Part shown: one piece after another, positions 58,630-63,516 of the stretch | Position numbering within the stretch: position 1 is the stretch's first letter | Layout of the letters: every line of letters starts with the position of its first letter | Source of the DNA: Bacteroidota bacterium | GTDB taxonomy: Bacteria; Bacteroidota; Bacteroidia; Palsa-965 | Direction of reading: 5' to 3' | Length of the DNA: 63,516 bases | NCBI GenBank assembly: GCA_021299855.1 | Contig: JAJTEY010000010.1 | Coordinates: 1 to 63,516 of the forward strand | Notes under the pieces: generated by a model | Told to the model about the DNA's origin: nothing | What the model saw: the letters and a program-made list of their open reading frames with translations, nothing else | Databases searched by the model: none | Made by a program: the position numbers and the translations under genes

Positions 58630-59229
58630 GTGAAAATTGCGATTGTTCAATACAATGCAGGTAATACACGATCCGTGCAATATGCTTTGCAACGATTTGG
58701 TATAACACCCGAAATTACAGCTGATCCGGATCGTCTTAGGGCTGCGGATAAAGTGATATTTCCGGGAGTGGGCGAAGCTTCCAGCGCCATGAAGTTTTTG
58801 CGCGAGCATCAGTTGGATCTTGTGATCAAAGAGTTGAAGCAACCCGTTCTTGGAATTTGTTTGGGCATGCAACTCATGTGCAGGCATAGCGAGGAAGGTA
58901 ATGTGAAAGGCCTGGGTATTTTTTCAAATTCCGTGAAACGATTTCCGTCACAAGAAAATTCCGGATTTAAAGTGCCACACATGGGCTGGAATACATTGAG
59001 TAGCTGCCAAGGTCGACTGTTTAAAGGACTTCCCGAAGCTCCTTTTGTGTATTACGTGCACAGTTTTTATGCGGAAATTGGAACTTCAACAGTAGCAACA
59101 ACTGATTATATTTTGCCGTTTAGTGCGGCTTTATACAAGGATAATTTTTATGCGCTGCAGTTTCACCCTGAAAAGAGTGGAGTAGATGGCGAGTTAATCA
59201 TGAGAAACTTTCTGGAACTTACGATATGA
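58630..59229 (+). CDS. hisH: imidazole glycerol phosphate synthase subunit HisH
   Basis: 199 aa with IAIVQYNAGN, GICLGMQL and QFHPEKS. GTG start. Confidence 0.92.
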   Translation: MKIAIVQYNAGNTRSVQYALQRFGITPEITADPDRLRAADKVIFPGVGEASSAMKFLREHQLDLVIKELKQPVLGICLGMQLMCRHSEEGNVKGLGIFSNSVKRFPSQENSGFKVPHMGWNTLSSCQGRLFKGLPEAPFVYYVHSFYAEIGTSTVATTDYILPFSAALYKDNFYALQFHPEKSGVDGELIMRNFLELTI

Positions 59230-59948
59230 TAACGATTATACCGGCTATTGATTTGATCGACGGAAAATGTGTGCGACTATCGCAAGGCGATTATGCGGCG
59301 AAGAAAGTTTACCATGATCATCCTGCAGACGTAGCAAAGGAATTTGAGCAATTAGGAATTAAACGATTACATCTTGTAGACCTTGATGGCGCGAAAGCCG
59401 GAGCAGTTGAGAATCTTCGTGTTTTAGAGGAAATTGCGAAACATACAGGTTTGCAAATTGATTTCGGAGGTGGAGTTACAGATGCTGAAACTGCGCGGCA
59501 AGTGGTGAATGCCGGAGCGCAATGGATTAGTGTGGGAAGTATTGCTGTTAAAAATCCCGGTGCTTTGAAAGAATGGATGAGTGAATTAGGCCCTGAGCGA
59601 TTTATGATTGGCGCAGATGTTCGCGAAGGAAAGCTGGCCATTTCGGGTTGGTTACAACAAACAGACATTGATGTGATGGGTTTTATACAGCAATGGAACG
59701 ATGCAGGAGTGCAACAATTTTTCTGCACTGATATTGCTAAAGATGGATTGCTTCAAGGACCGTCTCTTGATTTGTATCGGGACATCTTACAGCGTCATCC
59801 TGCAGTTGTATTAATAGCCAGTGGAGGCGTGTCATGCATGGATGATATAGATCGTTTAGAAGAGCTTGGCTGTCATGGAGTGATTGTGGGAAAAGCGATT
59901 TATGAAGGAAAAATTTCTTCGGTTCAACTTAAACAAAGAAGCGCATAG
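59226..59948 (+). CDS. hisA: 1-(5-phosphoribosyl)-5-[(5-phosphoribosylamino)methylideneamino]imidazole-4-carboxamide isomerase
   Basis: 240 aa with IIPAIDLIDGKCVRL, LHLVDLDGA and SGGV motifs. ATGA overlap with hisH. Confidence 0.93.
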   Translation: MITIIPAIDLIDGKCVRLSQGDYAAKKVYHDHPADVAKEFEQLGIKRLHLVDLDGAKAGAVENLRVLEEIAKHTGLQIDFGGGVTDAETARQVVNAGAQWISVGSIAVKNPGALKEWMSELGPERFMIGADVREGKLAISGWLQQTDIDVMGFIQQWNDAGVQQFFCTDIAKDGLLQGPSLDLYRDILQRHPAVVLIASGGVSCMDDIDRLEELGCHGVIVGKAIYEGKISSVQLKQRSA

Positions 59949-59951
59949 TAT

Positions 59952-60707
59952 ATGTTGACCAAACGCATTGTTCCTTGTCTGGATATTAAAGATGGCCGTA
60001 CGGTGAAAGGTGTAAACTTTGTTGCACTGAAGGACGCCGGTGATCCTGTTGAACTTGCAGCTCGTTATGCAGAGCAAGGTGCTGATGAATTGGTTTTTCT
60101 AGACATAACAGCAACGCATGAAAAGCGCAAAACGTTGGTGCATTTAGTGGAGCAGGTTGCAGCGGCAATTAATATTCCGTTCACTGTAGGTGGTGGTGTA
60201 AGTAGTATTGATGATGTTCAAGCGTTACTAAGTTCAGGGGCTGATAAAATTTCGGTGAACTCTGCTGCATTCAAACGTCCTGAATTGATTAATGAATTAG
60301 CAGGTAATTTTGGTTCACAGTGTGTGGTGCTTGCTGTTGATGTTAAGCGCGAACAGGACGATTGGATCGTGTACTTAAATGGAGGACGACTATCCACGGG
60401 TAAATCGGCGATAGCATGGATACAGGAAGCTGTGGATCGTGGTGCGGGAGAATTGTTGCTAACTTCAATGGATCACGACGGAACAAAAAGTGGTTTTGCA
60501 GTGGAGTTTACTGCATTAATTTCCGAATTGGTTGAAGTGCCTGTTATTGCATCCGGAGGTGCAGGGAATGAAACTCATTTTGTGGAAGTTTTTACACGTG
60601 GTAAAGCTGATGCAGCTTTGGCGGCGGGCATCTTTCACTATGGAGAAGTCACTATCCCGCAATTAAAAAGTAAATTAGCGCAACATCAAATACCTGTTCG
60701 TTTATGA
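59952..60707 (+). CDS. hisF: imidazole glycerol phosphate synthase cyclase subunit HisF
   Basis: 251 aa with [33 protein letters not shown] and ASGGAG. Confidence 0.95.
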   Translation: MLTKRIVPCLDIKDGRTVKGVNFVALKDAGDPVELAARYAEQGADELVFLDITATHEKRKTLVHLVEQVAAAINIPFTVGGGVSSIDDVQALLSSGADKISVNSAAFKRPELINELAGNFGSQCVVLAVDVKREQDDWIVYLNGGRLSTGKSAIAWIQEAVDRGAGELLLTSMDHDGTKSGFAVEFTALISELVEVPVIASGGAGNETHFVEVFTRGKADAALAAGIFHYGEVTIPQLKSKLAQHQIPVRL

Positions 60708-61363
60708 AATGGTTATGTATGGTTGCTGTAGCAGCAGCTGTAATTTTCTCTCAATGTGCTCCTACGCGTTATGTACGCCCGCTGGAAGTTGGTCAACATG
60801 CTGTCAATGCTTCGTTTGGTGGACCGACCATTAAGTTCGGGGGTGCGGTAATACCAATTCCTATGACAACCGTTGGCTATGGTTATGGTCTGGATACCGG
60901 TTTCACTATATACGGAAATTTGCACACTACATCTTTAGCATTTGGAACTTTTCAGGCAGATGCGGGAGCGTGTTGGTCGGTGTGGGAAAAGGATACGTTT
61001 GGCATAAGCATGAATTTCGGTTTGAATATGGCTATCGATAGATGGGAATGGAATAGAAAAATTTGGCCTCAGGTAGGTTTTAACGCATATAGGTACGTTG
61101 GTTCGCGTGGAGGAATGTTGTATGCCGGAGCAGATGCCTGGGTGGAATTTGCAAAACAACGTTCTCATCAGGTTGAACAACCCACGAAATTGTTGCCCGC
61201 GTTTCATGTCGGTTATCGTAAGCAAAACGAAAAATGGATGTTTCAATATGAAGTAAAATCTATTGCGCCATTCACTGCAAATAAGCCTAATGTCGTAGAC
61301 TATGTAGGAATTGCAGGCAACGGTGCATTCGGACTTTATTTCGGTATTTACAGATTGTTTTAA
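60704..61363 (+). CDS. hypothetical lipoprotein, beta-barrel-like
   Basis: 219 aa with lipobox-like signal (..AAAVIFSQC), Gly/aromatic-rich alternating pattern and C-terminal ..YRLF. ATGA overlap with the hisF stop. Confidence 0.55.
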   Translation: MKWLCMVAVAAAVIFSQCAPTRYVRPLEVGQHAVNASFGGPTIKFGGAVIPIPMTTVGYGYGLDTGFTIYGNLHTTSLAFGTFQADAGACWSVWEKDTFGISMNFGLNMAIDRWEWNRKIWPQVGFNAYRYVGSRGGMLYAGADAWVEFAKQRSHQVEQPTKLLPAFHVGYRKQNEKWMFQYEVKSIAPFTANKPNVVDYVGIAGNGAFGLYFGIYRLF

Positions 61364-61364
61364 C

Positions 61365-62258
61365 ATGAGAACATTTATTCTATTTTTTGCATTAGCCGTA
61401 GCGGGTAGTTCCTGCCTGCGATTGGATTCGATGTTGTACAACACCACTGATAAATTGGAACGTTACGAACGCGACAATTATACCGGTGAACAGGATTTCA
61501 TATTGGATGAAACGTACAAAATTCAGGATAGCATGATTCATGAATTTACGTTAGCTTCTCAAGTTCCCGGCGAAAGTTCACCAACAACGATCTATGCAGT
61601 GTATTTGGGAGATATCAATCGCATAAGTATAGATACGGTAATACTTTATTGTCATGGCAATAAATGGCACATGGACTTTTATTGGCAACGTGCGAAATTG
61701 CTGGCTCATACAGGAAGTAAGCATCGTTATGGTGTGTTGATGCCGGACTATCGTGGGTTCGGTCGTTCGGAAGGTACACCAACTGAAGATGGTTTGTATG
61801 CAGATGTGGATGCAGCAATGAATTGGTTGAAGACAAATGGTTTGACGAATGCAAGACTTGTGGTGTATGGTTTTAGTATGGGCAGCGCCCCGGCTGTTGA
61901 GTTATCTGCACATCCTCGAAGTATGCGTCCGTCAAAAATAATTTTAGAAGCGCCGTTTGCTTCTGCAGCGGTTATGGGTGAAGACGGTTCACAACTGGCG
62001 ATGCCGGGATCTTATTTTACCAACTTAAAAATTGATAACGCGGAAGAAATTAAATTGTGCAATCAACCATTACTGTGGATTCATGGTACAGGTGATAATT
62101 TCCTGAACTATACCACTCACGGACAAGTAGTGTTTGATAACAGTAAAGGCAATCCGAAATATTCTTATCTGGTTTCAGGCGCAGATCATGGCAATGTTCC
62201 TGTCGTAGCAGGATTTTCAACCTACAGTACTCGTTTATTGGAATTTATTACGGAATAG
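61365..62258 (+). CDS. alpha/beta hydrolase family lipoprotein
   Basis: About 297 aa from ATG 61365 with signal MRTFILFFALAVAGSSC and nucleophile elbow GFSMGSA. HGTGD and DHG segments are plausible sites for the Asp/His triad. Starts 1 nt after the previous stop and ends 1 nt before hisIE. Confidence 0.7.
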   Translation: MRTFILFFALAVAGSSCLRLDSMLYNTTDKLERYERDNYTGEQDFILDETYKIQDSMIHEFTLASQVPGESSPTTIYAVYLGDINRISIDTVILYCHGNKWHMDFYWQRAKLLAHTGSKHRYGVLMPDYRGFGRSEGTPTEDGLYADVDAAMNWLKTNGLTNARLVVYGFSMGSAPAVELSAHPRSMRPSKIILEAPFASAAVMGEDGSQLAMPGSYFTNLKIDNAEEIKLCNQPLLWIHGTGDNFLNYTTHGQVVFDNSKGNPKYSYLVSGADHGNVPVVAGFSTYSTRLLEFITE

Positions 62259-62861
62259 ATGGCAACGGCTCAACCCAATTTTAGTAAAGGTCCCGGAGGT
62301 TTGTTACCGGCAATTATTCAGGATGCAGATACACGTGTTGTATTGATGCAGGGTTATATGAATGAAGAATCTTATGCCGAGACTATCCATAAAGGTTTGG
62401 TGACGTTCTACAGTCGTTCGAAGCAGCGATTGTGGACTAAAGGAGAAGAAAGTGGAAATGTGCTGAGAGTGGTATCGATTCATTTGGATTGCGATTCGGA
62501 TTCTATTTTAATTAAAGTTCATCCACAAGGTCCGACATGCCATACAGGTGCGGCAACGTGTTGGAATGAAGATAATGAAGGTTATTTTTTACAAGAGTTA
62601 GAACGCGTAATTCAAAGTCGTGTTAACGCTGCGCCCGATTCATCGTATACTGCACAATTACTTGCGAAAGGAATTAATAAAGTAGCACAGAAAGTTGGTG
62701 AAGAAGCTGTTGAGTTGGTGATTGAATCGAAAGACAACAACAAGGAATTATTTCTGAACGAAGCAGCTGATTTGATGTATCACTACTTGGTGTTGCTGAC
62801 GGCAAAAGGATACAGTTTGGAGGATGTCATCAACGTATTGAAGTTACGTCACAAGAAATAG
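62259..62861 (+). CDS. hisIE: bifunctional phosphoribosyl-AMP cyclohydrolase / phosphoribosyl-ATP diphosphatase
   Basis: 200 aa with HisI part (LLPAIIQD, YSRSKQRLWTKGE.SGN, DCD.D) and HisE part (KVGEEA.E, EAADL.YH..VLL). Confidence 0.93.
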   Translation: MATAQPNFSKGPGGLLPAIIQDADTRVVLMQGYMNEESYAETIHKGLVTFYSRSKQRLWTKGEESGNVLRVVSIHLDCDSDSILIKVHPQGPTCHTGAATCWNEDNEGYFLQELERVIQSRVNAAPDSSYTAQLLAKGINKVAQKVGEEAVELVIESKDNNKELFLNEAADLMYHYLVLLTAKGYSLEDVINVLKLRHKK

Positions 62862-62863
62862 TA

Positions 62864-63007
62864 GACTCCGTATAGGAGTCAAACACCTGTAACCGTAACG
62901 CGGTTACAGTGTAAGCACGACTCCGTTAGGAGTCGCACAACACAATTTACTTGTCAGGCTGATAAATTGACTTCCGAACCTCAGTCTACGATTTAAATCG
63001 TAGACTG
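62864..63007. repeat. array of four short perfect hairpins / palindromes downstream of hisIE
   Basis: GACTCC-gtata-GGAGTC (62864-62880); CTGTAACCG-taacg-CGGTTACAG (62887-62909); CGACTCC-gtta-GGAGTCG (62918-62935); and the 26-nt perfect palindrome CAGTCTACGATTTAAATCGTAGACTG (62982-63007). Hairpins 1 and 3 share the same stem. Confidence 0.8.
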
Positions 63008-63307
63008 CGCATAAAATTAACCGAGATGATTCAATCCCGCACACTGACTTATTTACATCACCTCGTTATTTATAAACAGTACTTGTATCATACACATCTT
63101 CCCGCGCTTCCAATTCTGCCATGATGTTTATTCAGGCATTTTTTAATTTAATGATTAACTTTTAATTAAAGACTAATTAGAATCCAATTAGAAAATTGTT
63201 AAAATTACCGCATCTATCTATTTTTTATTTCCTTTCAAACCATCACTACCATTGACCTTCAAGACGACCCCGTGAAAAATCACGCTGTTTTCCCGTGATT
63301 TTTCCCC

Positions 63308-63336
63308 TTGACAAGAGTAACAGCATGCTTTATATT
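63308..63336 (+). promoter_or_regulatory. candidate promoter (TTGACA-17 nt-TATATT) for the partial downstream ORF
   Basis: TTGACA at 63308-63313 and TATATT at 63331-63336 with a 17-nt spacer, 19 nt upstream of ATG 63355. This is a sigma-70-type match; the Bacteroidota -7 TAnnTTTG consensus is only partly matched. Confidence 0.3.
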
Positions 63337-63354
63337 GCGTACAAAATACCCGTG

Positions 63355-63516
63355 ATGCTTACTTACTTACTTACTTACATAAAGCGTAGTCGCGCTGCTT
63401 TGCTACTGATCATGCTATACGCAGGCAGCATAAACGCCCAGTACGAGCGCCTTTGGAAGGTGGAGCAAGAAAACAACATGACATTGGAACGTTCTCAGGT
63501 AGTTGTTCGGGCAGAT
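63355..63516 (+). CDS. 5' end of a secreted protein (signal peptide), continues beyond the window
   Basis: ATG 63355, open to the window end (54 codons): MLTYLLTYIKRSRAALLLIMLYAGSINAQYERLWKVEQENN... with a signal-peptide-like h-region and an AQ cleavage context. Confidence 0.45.
   Translation, partial: MLTYLLTYIKRSRAALLLIMLYAGSINAQYERLWKVEQENNMTLERSQVVVRAD
63359..63378 (+). repeat. (TTAC)5 tetranucleotide tract within codons 2-8 of the partial ORF
   Basis: Five perfect tandem TTAC units read directly from the sequence. Confidence 0.9.

Noticed and set aside
60935-61447. 170-aa minus-strand ORF across the hisF-downstream lipoprotein gene
   Set aside because: It is antisense to two tightly coupled plus-strand genes with signal peptides. 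It has no motif and would break the operon junctions.
1-63516. Search for mobile elements, CRISPR arrays, tRNA/rRNA genes, toxin-antitoxin or defence islands
   Set aside because: No transposase, integrase or recombinase-like ORFs were seen. There are no regularly spaced direct repeats, no tRNA-like T-arm or acceptor patterns and no rRNA. The window reads as core chromosome with conserved operons.

Overview
Gene-dense, moderately AT-rich chromosomal segment, assigned to Bacteroidota (Flavobacteriia/Cytophagia-like) from protein motifs and gene order. I found no rRNA, tRNA, CRISPR array, transposase or integrase. Gene order: (1) tail of an SDR gene, nadE, a frameshifted DUF481-like OMP, a porin-family OMP, gldB-gldC, and a T9SS type-B cargo protein. 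(2) engB with an OlsB/GlsB-like and OlsA/GlsA-like acyltransferase pair. (3) A complete dcw cluster, mraZ-rsmH-ftsL-ftsI-murE-mraY-murD-[extra MurD C-domain ORF]-ftsW-murG-murC-ftsQ-ftsA-ftsZ-yqeY-like, preceded by three phased GTGGG MraZ boxes. (4) A T9SS type-A cargo protein and three small or unknown genes. (5) The minus-strand block miaB, sigma-54 activator, lptE, TPR protein, secG, groES, groEL. (6) topA and an arginase-fold protein. (7) The T9SS/gliding core porP-gldK-gldL-gldM followed by three gldN paralogs. (8) DUF2461, AI-2E transporter, ABC-F and ChaN-like genes. (9) A mosaic his operon, hisG-D-C-B | convergent lipase | TrpG/PabA-like GATase-hisH-A-F-lipoprotein-alpha/beta hydrolase-hisIE. 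(10) A roughly 490-bp ORF-free tail with a hairpin array, then the start of a secreted protein carrying a (TTAC)5 tract. Most noteworthy are lesions or novelties in core machinery. FtsZ has its T1 glycine loop replaced and carries a 167-aa acidic N-terminal extension. A stand-alone, diverged copy of the MurD C-terminal domain is translationally coupled to murD. groEL lacks its 5' end and porP lacks its 3' end. gldN is triplicated. All calls come from reading the supplied translations and DNA; no database search was possible.
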